Shown here in pieces: positions 43,909 to 56,306 of a stretch of 64,000 bases of DNA (its first letter is position 1; each line of letters begins with the position of its first letter). The DNA is from Vairimorpha necatrix (taxonomy: Eukaryota). Below the pieces are notes generated by a model. That model did not search any database and was not told where the DNA came from. It worked only from the letters and a program-made list of their open reading frames with translations. The stretch covers positions 1,178,001-1,242,000 of the forward strand of contig CP142729.1 of assembly GCA_036630325.1 (NCBI GenBank), given 5' to 3'. A program made the translations under genes and the position numbers.

Positions 43909-46900
43909 ATGGATATCGTTACAATATTTACTTCATTTATATTTATACAATCTAATCTTGAAGTATTAGACAAAATCAACAATAACCAGAAAGTTTATGA
44001 TGAACTTAAGAATATGATCATGAAAAAAATAGAAGAAAAGGATTATGTTCATTTTAATTGCAGGGAAAAGTTTATTAAAGTATATCTTCGTTATAATAAT
44101 GAATATAAAAAATTTTACATAAATATAGAAATAATATCGTCGTCTGAATTCAATATAGGCTTAGAGCAAATCGAATTCCAACACGACAATAAATCTGTTA
44201 ATGAAATTACCGAACTTATCGAATATTATGTAAAACAACATTTAGAAAAAATAATAAATGATTCTATAGTTTTGGTATACGATCCAGTAAGTTTAAAAAC
44301 TTGTCTTATTATGAAAAATATTGTAGAAGATATTAGAAGAATTAATGAAAATAGACGGATAAATAAAAAAGGGTGGGAAATCTATTATGATTATATATGC
44401 GAGACAGATTGTTACTTACTTAGAATGTTGGCCGGTATAAAAGTCGGTACAATTATGAATGAATATAATATAAGTATATATGATATGTATTGTTGCTTAT
44501 TCTCAAAATCTTCTGACACATGCATTAGATTTTACATCAAGAACGGAGACATTTTCTATTTATTCGAATATAATGTAGAGGAACAAAATATTTATAGAAT
44601 CATTACTTTGAATGACACAAATATTAAGCTAAATGATGAGTATGATGAGGATATTCTAAATAAGTTGCTTGTTTTGTGTAAATTATTTGATATGAATTAT
44701 ACGGTGAAAAATGCGACAGCAGAAGAATTGAAATTTACCTCTAATGTGATTGATATCCCAAAATTAGATTTTAGACTTAAATTGGGATTTGATAAAATAT
44801 TCTTTAAACATACTTTTGGTGAATATGAATATCATTTCAATAACGATCTAACTAAAAAAGATGGCAAATTATATATTAAAGAAAAAACTTTTAGCGAGTT
44901 CAAAATCTTTTTTGAAAACATACCTACAACTGTCAATGTTATAAATGATATTTATGCTGTCGAAATATTATATAGAATCTTAAAATATCATAACTGTTTA
45001 TTTTAAGATATCTTAAGGGTAATAAAAATACAAATTTATAAATATTCAACATCCCTCCTCTTTTATAAGCTAATATACAAGTACTTTGAGTTGAGACGCA
45101 TGTCTTTTAAGCCTTCTTCCTTTCGATAATACTATATACGAATTATTTTCTAATCGTTCTATAATCTGTCCTCTATCTTTAAACTTGGGTTGTCCTTTAG
45201 CTACAGCAAATTCGTTCTTTATTATCACCTGATCGTTTTCATTAAACACTTCTTCGACTTCTTTATTCTCGTTTGCTTTGTTAAAGATAATAATTTCTTC
45301 GTATTGTTTTTCTTTTATTTTTGTCTCGTTTTCTTTTTTACAAGCTTCGTTTGGTGACATTCCTAGTTTCGAGTGGCAGATATTATTGTAAGCCTCTAAC
45401 ATTTTTAATAGTTTTGATTTTAGATTTAGATTTCCCTCTTGTTTGTAAATCCCTTCCTGCACAGTTCTATTAAATCTTTCTACACGCCCATTTGATTGAT
45501 GGTGAAAGGGCGTTGAGTAATGTACTTTTACTTTATTCTCTATAGCCCAGTTCTTTACTTTGCTACTTTGGTTTTCTTTTGATGAATCCATTATCAACTC
45601 TTTAATTAATATTTGTTTGTTAATTTCGTTTATAAAATCTACAATTTTCTGACTATCTCTAGTGGTAATAACTTTTCCAAAACCCTTTCTACTAAAGTAA
45701 TCAATTCCTGTTATTATATATTGTTTATTTATTGGTCCTATAATGTCTATAGCTACCTTTTCTCCTGTATAAAACGATTTAACGAACAAAAAGGCTTTTC
45801 CTCTTTTTGGATTATACATTTTACATCTTATACACTTTTTCAACTCTTCTTCAACTAATTTCTCCATATTATCCCAAGTATATTCTCTTTTAAGCTCTTT
45901 GGCTACTATTTTTGCTCCACGATGAACTAATTTTTCGTGTTTATCTTTAATAAGTTTCCTTTTTGTGTCATCATTTAAATCTTGAATTTCATTAACAACT
46001 TGGGCATCCTTTTGGTATAAGCGAGATATATAGTCTACATGTGCCATTTCTGCTCCCCTTCTGTATTTTACTGTGAAATTATACTGACTAAGTCTATCTA
46101 GCCATCTCTGTATTCTTTGAGAGCCTATTTCTCCTTTATTCAGAACTTCTAAGGCTTTATGGTCTGTTATTACTTCAAATTCATTCCCGTACAAGAAATA
46201 TTTAAAATTCTCCATTCCCCATAATACTGCTAAGCATTCCTTTTCACTGATACTATAGTTTATCTCAGCAGGTAAAAGTCTTCTTGAAGCATATGAAATT
46301 GGATAAATCGTTTCACCTTGTCTCTATGAGAGAATTGCGCCAACACCCGAATTACACGCATCTGTTTCTAGTATAAATGGTTTTGTATAGTCTGGTTGAT
46401 ATAATGCTATATTTGATTTTATAATAGTTTTAAGCTCATTAAAAGCTTTATCTTCCAGTTCTCCCCAACAAAAATTTTTATCTTTTTTGAGTAAATCATA
46501 CAAGCATCCTGCAACACTTGAGCACATGGGAATAAATTTTCTATAAAAATTTATAAAGCCAAGAAATTCTTGTAAAGATTTTATATTTTGGGGCGGTTTA
46601 ATTTCATCAATACCTTGGCTAGCTTCTAATTTTGGTTTTATTTTGTTATATTCTATTATGTGTCCTAAAAATTCTACTGATGTCTTTTTGTAGATAGTTT
46701 TATCTTCATTTAATCGCAAATCATTATTTTTTAATCGTTCTGTTATAATCCGAAAATTTTTATCATGAATTTCTTCAGTTGTTCCAAAGACCAAAATATC
46801 GTCAACATAAATGAAACATCTTTTACCAATATCCTCTTGTAAAACATCATCCATAAACCGTTGAAATATGGCCGGCGAATTTTTAAAGCCCATTGGCATT

Positions 46901-49565
46901 ACATTCCATTCGTACAAATGATGTTTATGTCTAAAAGCTGTCTTGTGCCTGTCTTCTTCTGCTAATTTTATTTGAATTACCCATCTTTTAAATCTAACTT
47001 TGAAAAATATTTTTGATCTTTTAAATTATGTAAAATTCTTTCTATACTTGGAAGCGAATATTTATCCAAATCTACTAACTTATTAAGTGCAATCAAATTT
47101 GTTGTTACTCGAACCGATCCATCTGGTTTCATAACTGGTCTAAGATTGTTTAACCACGTAGATCTTGATTTTTGAATATATTTTTTCATTAACAACTTTT
47201 CTATCTCGGCGTCTATGGCTACTTCTAATTTCTGTGGCAATCCATACACTCTTTCTACGACTTTTTCTCCAGGTTTTGTTTTAATTTGACACACTCTGTT
47301 TTTTGGCTTTGCAAAAATTTTGATTAACTCCTGTTTTCCTAATAAAATTTTAAATTTATCAACCTTTGGTAAAATAAAGAGTTCGGTTTTATATATTTTG
47401 TCCATATAATTAAATTCAAGCTCTACTATATCTCGTACTTTAAATTCTTCATCTAAACACGTAAAAAAGCTCAATTGCTTTATCCTCCTCGACACCTGTA
47501 ATTTCAATTCTCTAACTGCACAATAAGAAATAAAATTGAAACTAGAACCAGAATCAAAAACCACAGGTACTTTCTTAAAATTAACGTAGACGTAATTGTT
47601 TTTATTTTCATAAAATGAAGTGCTTTCTTCTAATCTCTCTTCATTATCAGATACTATCTCATGTACTTGCTTACTTGAACCTGTATCTCTATTTCTATTC
47701 CGAAAATAGCAACTTGTAGAAATGTGTCCTGGCTTTTACAAATGAAGCAGGTTTTAGTTTTTCTCGGAGTTTCTTTTATGCTTAAATTTTTGAAGGAGAA
47801 TGATAAATCGGCCTCCTTCTCCATTTCTTCAATGGTTTCATAAAATTCATCGTCAGTGTCATATTTACTGGATAAAAATATTTTTATAAGTTTATATCTG
47901 GGTTTAATGCCGTTTTTTAGAATTTTCCTTCTATCCTTTTCTTCAATTTTTAAAACTTCGCATAATTTTATCGTTTCCTTTATAAATACAGAAACTGATT
48001 CATTATCCCTTTGTTTCTTAGAGCAAAGGTCTACAATAGAAATTTTTGTACTAAATTTCTCTAATGCTTTGTTTTTCCAATCTTCATAATTATAACTTGC
48101 TTTTCTTTTATTAGCAAATTCTTCTAAATGCCAGTTTAAGATATTTTCATCAAATCTACTTATAAATTCATCCATTTTATCTTCGTCCTTTTTTATATTC
48201 CATTTACTAAGAGCCTCTGCTCTTTTTATTTCATGTATTATGTTGTTTTTAGTTATTTTTTCGTTCATATTCTCCACCATGTTTATTTTAAGATATCTTA
48301 AGGGTAATAAAAATACAAATTTATAAATATTCAACAATAACAAAATAAAATCTTTGATGACTGAAATATTAAAAAATAAAGAATCAGGCTTAAATATAAT
48401 ATGTGCGCATTTGTTGTTGTCTAAAGGTATATTGACCCAATATGGATATGATATATTGATGGGTATAGAAGATATTTCCTTAAATGAAGCCGTAATAAGT
48501 CATATTGTTGATATTGCACATGAAAATGACCAATTAACTAATGGTTTACATTTTTATTTAATCAAAAAATGTTTACTCATAGAGGCAGAAAGATTTATAA
48601 ATGAAAATAATGTAGATGATGATGTGGTTTATAAAACTATAAAAGATATTTCCAAAATCGCTGAATTAAAAAATGCTGCAAATACATTTGGCTTAGATAC
48701 TAGAAAAGGTGTCATTAATTTTTCGAAAATAATACAGGACGCAATACTTACGCATCTTGATAGAATTCGAAACTACAAGAACACTATTCTGAACCATAAA
48801 ATCAAAATAAGTACCATGTTTACAGGAATTTTTGATATTAATGGGGATGGGCATGAGCAACATGAACATAAAAAAAATGAAATTATTCAGTGTTTAGGAT
48901 TGGAAAAAAACGAAGTTGCAAAAAATACTAAAGTAATAATTCTTAAATTATCTGAAAATACAATAATAGATGATGTATATCGTGAGAGAAGAAAACAAAA
49001 AGAGAAAAATTTCCAAAAGTTAATAAAAATATTTTATAACTCTTTGGTATATGAAAAGATGGATCAAGTGATAGAAAAAGCTCATAATATAGGTAACATA
49101 GATCTTTTAGAGAAAGAAAAAAGAACAGATATAGAAGATCAATTAATAAATGAAGGAATGCAAATAATTGAATCATCTTTTGATAATCAATTTTTGATAA
49201 AAGGAAACCCGCGTTTAGAAAAAAATCTTATCGAATCAAAGATTTTTTTTGTAATGAATATAGATGAAGAATCGGTATTCGAATTTAAAATCAAAAAAGA
49301 AGAAAGTTTTAAAAAAAACATATCTTTAATAATAAAAAACAAGACAATAGAAAGAGGAAAGTCAAAACTACCAAAAGCATATAAAAATCTCTTCAATAGT
49401 ATTTTTGAAGAAGACACAATGAAAAAAGAGAATAATGAAAAACACTTGGAGAATATAAAAGCGGTTTTGGAGAAGCAAGAATTAAAAAACCATTTAAATA
49501 AGGAATTCGGCGAAGAACTTCATAATGATTTGGTAAAGGTACTTGAAATGTACGAAAAAAAATAA
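43909..49565 (+). pseudogene. paralog 2 of the ~770-aa secreted-like family, interrupted by LTR element C
   Basis: Removing the element plus one TSD restores the frame (LKYHN-KIKSLMTE); colinear with paralog 3. Confidence 0.9.
44995..48336 (-). mobile_element. Ty3/Gypsy LTR retrotransposon C with identical 57-bp LTRs; gag-PR-RT-RH-IN frameshifted
   Basis: LTRs 44995-45051 and 48280-48336 (TGTT...AACA); TSD ATAAC; PBS TGGTGGAGA; PPT AAAAGAGGAGGGA; FDSGS, YVDD, TDAC and GRVER motifs lie in four ORF pieces. Confidence 0.93.
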
Positions 49566-50199
49566 TAATACTTCTTTCTAAAATTTATTGTTTAAATGTG
49601 CTATACATATACTATAATTTTATATTTTGTTTTTAAAATTAAACATGTCAAACAAATTTAATCTGCATGGCCTTTTACGCTTTTCTTATTTTTATTTTCT
49701 GTTGACTGTAATTTGAATTTTATTGTTTTATTTTGGTATATAATATCAATATAATAAAACATCATAACAATCTTGATTGCGTATAGTGTTTTTTAGTAAA
49801 GCTGTCTTCTTGTTTCTAATTTTACTAAATACATAGTTCTAACATGTCGTTTTTGTTTTGTAAAAAATTTTGACCATATCCTAAAACCCTGTGAAAACAT
49901 TAAATCAATCAAAAATGAAAAGTATAAAACCAAATCGTTTAAAATATGATCATAAAAAGGTTTTTAAGCGATTTCATTGATATAATCATATTTTAAATTT
50001 TTACTGTATTGTTACTTTAAAAATGTTTTTTAAAACCCATATTGCTTTTTTGAGTTTTATATTTCAAAAAAACAATAAAAATTGGTGCATGGCCGTTTTG
50101 AAACCGTATTGAAAATTTAAAAGGGGCCCTAATTAAAAAGTGGCAAGATTGTCAAAAACAAGATTTGTTGAAACAGATGAAATATTTAGTGATGAAAAG

Positions 50200-50560
50200 T
50201 TTTTAAATATAGAAACAAATGTAAATTGTATTTTGGAAACATTTAATGATGCAGAATCGGCGTGTGTCTTTTTCGCTTTTTATGGCCAATAGAAATACAG
50301 CTATTCTCATTGAGGTAATATAAGATAATGTATTACAACTGGTTCTATTCAAACACTGATCAATTAAGAGCATATGATGCCGCATTTAGACAAATCACAG
50401 GGATGTAGCACAGAACTGTGGGTTACTCTGTCAATTTTGTAAATTTTAACGACCCCGAGACACATACCCACAAATAATGGGATTTTGGTCTCTTTCCAAG
50501 AAAGATATTTGATATAAACATGGAATCAACCAAGACGAACCCTATGAGTACCTTTTATAG
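50200..50560 (+). pseudogene. Merlin transposase remnant
   Basis: NRNTAILIEVI..., DPETHTH...GFWSL in broken frames. Confidence 0.5.
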
Positions 50561-51101
50561 AGTCTTCGGGACTATCAAATACCGAAAAATCAACATATAA
50601 ATTATCTTCTTTTAAAATTTAAATTGAATTGTTAAATATCTTATTTTAAAATTTTTTCTATTTTTACATTCCGCTATGTTTTTTTTTCCAATGAGGGTTC
50701 CAAACAGTCATATAACAAAAAAAAATCTTACAGAGGTATATTTCGTAAAATCCAATGTATAAACTCAATTATTAGAATAGTAAATTTTTGGATAAGCTAA
50801 AAATAGGAAAAATCAGTACTCGCCAGAGAAAGAACATCCGTGAAAATAAAGCACGCGCCCTCAATAAAAGTTTGAAAAAAGATGTTAAATAGTACTAGCC
50901 GATAAATACCACACGTATTTTTTATCAAATTGGTTAGACGAAATTTTTTAATTGGAAAAGGTTTATGATTTTAATTCTAATGTGACGGCTTAAAATATAA
51001 TTGTGATTAATTTCTACTGGCCAAAGTTAAAAGCATCATTTAAACTTTTGAACAGAAGCATAAATAAAGACAAGCATTCATAAAAAGGCCTCGGAAACAT
51101 A

Positions 51102-51896
51102 TTTTTTTTTTTTTCTTTGCAAGTAAGAGGTAGGGAGAAACCTTACATAGGGACCAGAGGATTTGGGTGTGATCCTTTTCCAACTGGTACTGTGAGATTC
51201 TTACTCACTAAAACTCCCTCCGTATAACTTGCCGGTGCAGCAAGCTCCGCCGTATCCATTGGACTTTGGCTCCAGGAGAACTTTTTCCATTTATACCTCA
51301 AATCGCGTCCAGAGTGACCTCACAGCGGATATACTTAACGGGCATGGTTATCTATAACCCGAGGAGAGACATCATCGTACTGACTCAAAGGTTCCTACAA
51401 TCATCTGTATTGCACACGCGGCTCCTTACACAACCACATCATCAGCCCGGCGTTTTTATTGGGCTGCGTTGACCACCAGTCTCCCACTAGTTTCGGCCAC
51501 CGTGTTATAAAATCTTGTAGGATAGGGTCCACGAGACCTTCTGTTGCCCTACTTCGTCTAGCCTCTTAGTTAGCTCTAGGATCCCACTCTAGAGTGCACC
51601 AGCCATGGGCTCCAACTAGGTCGTACCCATTAGATACTTTTATGTATCATTAAGTCACCAAAGGGTGATACTGTTTTTCAGGCCTTGAGGTGCGTTTCTA
51701 CACTAGATGCTAATCCCCTTGTGGCTGGACACACACAAGTTTCATTGAATCAACTTAATGATTATCGTGGACATTTTCATCATCTGAGTTGTTCCAACTG
51801 CATCATAGAAAGTAGAAACAATTTGGTGCCCCTGGGACTCGAACCCAGCCCATTGGTCAATGAGAACATCCCTTCGACCACTCGGCCAAGGGCACC
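51102..51896 (-). mobile_element. tRNA-derived SINE copy 2 (full length, 795 bp)
   Basis: Minus-strand head GGTGCCC..TGGCCGAGTGG (A box)..CTGGG-TTCGAGT-CCCAG (B box/T arm)-GGGCACC; A-rich tail; TSD CTCGGAAACATA at 51090-51101 and 51897-51908. Confidence 0.9.
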
Positions 51897-53739
51897 CTCG
51901 GAAACATACTGGTGCCAAGAAGATAGGGATTGATACAGATCAATTTGGATATTTGCGAAAAACAAGAGAAAGTCTGAGAAAATTTCAGTGTAGATTCGGG
52001 TTGGAAGCAAGTGAATCCTGCAAATAGTAATGAATAATGAAAGGTTTTATATACGAAAACCGAATTTAGAAAAAAAAATCATCTAGTTTATATGTGCTGC
52101 GCAACGGTCGTGCTCAGACTATCCTATTTTTTTACGTACTGAATTCAGGTATAGATAGTAAGGTGGAAATATTTTTTACGAACAATATTTCCTTGGGTCG
52201 AAATTTTACAGATTTGTTAAATAACATCCGGATTGAATTTCTTAAGTTATGAACTTTTTGTTTTTTAGATGATTTTTTATGTTTATATTTTACCCTTATG
52301 ATGTGCCTGGGGCCGCTGGACAGTAGATCAAAAATCTTCTAAGACACACATGAGGCATTATCTGCCTAGTTAATGAAAATATACTTAAAACAACACAAAA
52401 TGTACGATTGTTTTGGTATAATGGTACTAACTCCGACGATGCGTACATGACGGTCACTGAATCAAGCGTGATGAAAGACGGGATGTGAAACATTAATTTA
52501 AAATTGTAATAAATCTTCATTTTCTAATCTTCGAAACCCATACATTACTATTTATGTTCTGTATTCATTCACTGAAAAGCAGTCTAAACTTAAATAAAAA
52601 TTCCCGCGTGTAAGCTTCCAGTGTCTTTGGGGCAAAAAAAATATAAAATGCACTAAAAAAGGAAAATATCAAACTTCAGAAAAACATGAAGAGTATAAAA
52701 AGTGATACTTACTCACGAAACGGTATTAGTAAAAGGAAATTTGTAAAATCGCCATCGGAAAAACATGACACAGTCAAAAACTGTACATTGTTGCTAGAGA
52801 CAATAGACGAGCGAACATTAAAATTGAGAATTGAAATACAACAAACCTATAGTATAAAGACGTTATGTCTGTTTATTAAAAATACATAAAAACGAAACGA
52901 TTTGCAGTTCGATGGCCATAAATCATATCTCGCAGCAGTAAAATCTATCAATGGCGATAATTGTGTTGTTATCCATGATACAGGCTTTAAAAACGAAGCA
53001 GTGAATTCTACAAATTTAAATTGAGGAAGTCTGGTCATATCTTATATATGATATAATAGCTGGGAAAAAAGGCTAAAGAAAGTGTTTTTAGAGTTTTTTT
53101 TAAAAGAATTTAATTGGAGAAGAAGGTGCGTAATATATAAAAATATCAAGAGTTGAGAGAGTTTTTGATTAAAATTATAAAAAGTTTTCTTTAGAATAAA
53201 TGCTTTTTGTCGTAGCCGATCAAATGGAGACAATCATATTCTTGCAAATGGACTGATTTGATTGGCTACAAAAAGTATTTAAAAACATTTCCGAAAGAGG
53301 GGATGGAAAATTCTAATAAAACGTTTAACACTTTTAATATTTTATTTGTTTTAGTTTCACTAAAAGGGGAACCTTCAGAGATAAAAAATTCCGGCACTGG
53401 CCGTTGCGCCATATATGTTGAAGCTAGGTTCTATACCGAAATATATAATATTATTTTTTTTTTCAAAAACTAAACAATTTTAAAATGCTTAAAGATTTTG
53501 TTGATTTATATTTTATTTCTTTTAGTTGAACCTGTCAAACGTTTATCTTATTTTAAATCGCCTGTCAACTGTCGTTTTGATATTTGACGTCCGTCAAAAT
53601 GAGAAAGACAGATCGAAAATGTCTTTTAATTTTCATGCTTACGATATAAATTAATGTTTGAATTGTGTCATTTTGCTTAGGCTTTTTATTGTTCACGTGG
53701 TATGCTTTGTATATAAATTTTTTTTATTTCCTACCCAAT

Positions 53740-56049
53740 ATGAAAATCATACAACTATTTGCTTCAATCCTATTTATACATTCAAATGTTGAAGTATTAG
53801 ATAAAATCAAAAACAATCAGCAAGTTTATGATAAAATCAATGAAAACATAATGGAAAAAATAGAAAAAAAGGAATATGTTAAATTTAATAGCAGTGAGGA
53901 GTTTATTAAGATAAATCTTTTCCCTAATGAAGAAAATAAAATTTTTTACATAAATATAGAACGAATTGCATTTGAAAGCAATTTAAACCAAGTAAGTTAT
54001 GAATTTGACTATTTTGATAAAACCATTAATGAAATTTCTATACTGATCGAACATTATGTAGAAACATATTTAGAAAAAGACACTACCGATTCTTTAATTT
54101 TGATGTACGATCCAGTAAATTTTATTGCATGTCCTACACTGAAAGATATAGTTGAAAATATTCAAAATATAAATGAAAATAGACGGATAAATAAAAAAGG
54201 ATGGGAAATATATTATGATTATATATGTAAAGCAGACTGCTATTTACTAAAAATGCTGGACGGAATAAAAGTCGGTATAATTATGAATGAATATAATATA
54301 AGTGTTTTTGATATTCAACTTTGCTATATTCCAAAATCTTTTGACACATGCATCAGATTTTACTTCAAGGACGGAGATATTTTTTATCTATTTGAATTAA
54401 ATGCAGATGAACTTAATATTGATAAACTCATAACCTTGAATGACACAAATTTTAAGCCAAATTGTGAGTATGATGGGGATATTCTGAATAAGTTGCTTGT
54501 ATTGTGTAAACTCTTTGATGTTTTACATACTGAGCAAAATGTGACAAAAGAAGAATTTAGCTTATCTTCAAATATGATTGATATACCAGAGTTAAACCTT
54601 AAACTTGAGAATGATTCACCAAAAGTATGTTTTAAACATACTTTTGGCGAATATGAATATTATCTTAAAAACGAACTAACTAAAGAAGATGGAAAATTAT
54701 ACATTGAAGAAAAATGTTTTAGCGAGTTTAACTTATTTTTTCAAAACATACCTATAACAAACAATGTTTTAAATGATATTAAGGCAGTCGACATGCTATT
54801 TGGAATATTAAGGAACTTTAACCAAATCGAATTTTTGATGACTAAAATATTAAGAAATGAAGGATCGGCTTATAAAGTAATATGTGCGCATTTGTTGTTG
54901 TCTAAAGGTATATTAACCCGAGATGGCTTTAATATATTGATGGGAAGAGAAGATGAAGCAGAAAAAGAAGAGATAATTAGTAAGATTGTTATAATTGCTC
55001 ACCAAAATTACCCATTAACCAATGGTTTACATTTTTATTTAATAAAAAAATGTTTACTTATGGTGGCAGAAGGGGGTTTAAGTGAAAATAATGGTGATCT
55101 CGATGTGATCTATAAAACTTTTAATGAAATTTATAAACTTATTGAATTTAAAAAGGTTACTAACGAAACTGATCGCAGTTTAAAAAAAGATGCTAATCAT
55201 AATTTGAAAATAATACAAGAAGCAGTACTTGCTCAAAAAGATAATATTAAAAATTTTAAATGTGCTGTTATGAAACATTTGGCAAAAATAATTTTCATGT
55301 TCACGGAATTTTATGATTTTAATGGACAAAAATGCGATCAACATGAACATAAAAAAGATGAAATTGCCACAAGTTTAGAATTAGATAAAAATGAGGTTGA
55401 AAAGAATACCAAAATAATAATGCAAAAATTGTCCGAAAATACAATAGTAGATAATGTATATCAAGAGAGAAGAAAACAAAAAGAGCAAAACTTTAAAAAG
55501 TTAATAAAAACATTTGCTAACTACTCATTAGATAAAAATTTACAAAAAATTATAGAAAAAACCAAAAATTTAGAAGTTGAAATTATTTTAGATGAAGAAA
55601 CAAGGACAAATATGGAGAATAATTTTCTCAATGAAGGAATGCAAATGATTGAGTCCGCATTTAGAAAATATAATATTATTAAATGGAAAACTTATATAGG
55701 AAACTTTTTTAACAAATTATTTGATGGTTCTAGAATGAATATGGACGAAGAAATAGCATTTGAATATAAAAGTTTAATTGAGGAAAATTTTAAAAAAAAT
55801 TTATATACAGAAATAAAAACGAAGATAAGAAAAGACGCATCACTAAAACTGCCTAAGACCATAAAAGCCATTTTTAAAGGTATTTTTAAAAAAGATACAA
55901 ATGAAAAAGGAAAGAATGGAAGGTACTTGGAGACTTTAAAATCAGTTTTGGAGACGCAGCAATTAGAATACCTTTTAAATGACGTTTTTAACTTTAATTT
56001 TCATGATAATTTGGTAGAGATACTTAAAATGCACGACAAAAATAAATAA
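53740..56049 (+). CDS. paralog 3 (intact, 769 aa) of a lineage-specific secreted-like family
   Basis: ACCCAAT-ATG; hydrophobic N-terminus MKIIQLFASILFIHS; shared motifs NENRRINKKGWEIYYDYIC, TFGEY, TNGLHFYLIKKCL, QHEHKK. Confidence 0.9.
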   Translation: MKIIQLFASILFIHSNVEVLDKIKNNQQVYDKINENIMEKIEKKEYVKFNSSEEFIKINLFPNEENKIFYINIERIAFESNLNQVSYEFDYFDKTINEISILIEHYVETYLEKDTTDSLILMYDPVNFIACPTLKDIVENIQNINENRRINKKGWEIYYDYICKADCYLLKMLDGIKVGIIMNEYNISVFDIQLCYIPKSFDTCIRFYFKDGDIFYLFELNADELNIDKLITLNDTNFKPNCEYDGDILNKLLVLCKLFDVLHTEQNVTKEEFSLSSNMIDIPELNLKLENDSPKVCFKHTFGEYEYYLKNELTKEDGKLYIEEKCFSEFNLFFQNIPITNNVLNDIKAVDMLFGILRNFNQIEFLMTKILRNEGSAYKVICAHLLLSKGILTRDGFNILMGREDEAEKEEIISKIVIIAHQNYPLTNGLHFYLIKKCLLMVAEGGLSENNGDLDVIYKTFNEIYKLIEFKKVTNETDRSLKKDANHNLKIIQEAVLAQKDNIKNFKCAVMKHLAKIIFMFTEFYDFNGQKCDQHEHKKDEIATSLELDKNEVEKNTKIIMQKLSENTIVDNVYQERRKQKEQNFKKLIKTFANYSLDKNLQKIIEKTKNLEVEIILDEETRTNMENNFLNEGMQMIESAFRKYNIIKWKTYIGNFFNKLFDGSRMNMDEEIAFEYKSLIEENFKKNLYTEIKTKIRKDASLKLPKTIKAIFKGIFKKDTNEKGKNGRYLETLKSVLETQQLEYLLNDVFNFNFHDNLVEILKMHDKNK

Positions 56050-56306
56050 TACAAAATTATTTTAAATTTATTGTTTAAATATCTTCAACACTTTTCATAA
56101 AGTTGTATTTCGGGGTAAACAATATTTTACATTAAAAAAATTGGCACACTTCTAAAATACGATACTTTGTAAAAGTTAAGAAATCCTTCATTTGTAGTTA
56201 GGAAAAAATTTAAATTGTACCCAGGAAAGTATGACATGTTGCTTTTTTTATTAAGTCAGACGAGATTTATATAAGTGAAAACTTTTCAAGAATTTATTTT
56301 ATTGTT

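Noticed and set aside
51266-51472. Similar small ORFs here and at 60791-61033
   Set aside because: Antisense to SINE bodies, non-ATG starts, not preserved in older copies.
51824-51896. Possible tRNA genes here and at 61388-61459
   Set aside because: No canonical anticodon arm; attached to a repeated body with tail and TSD, so SINE heads.
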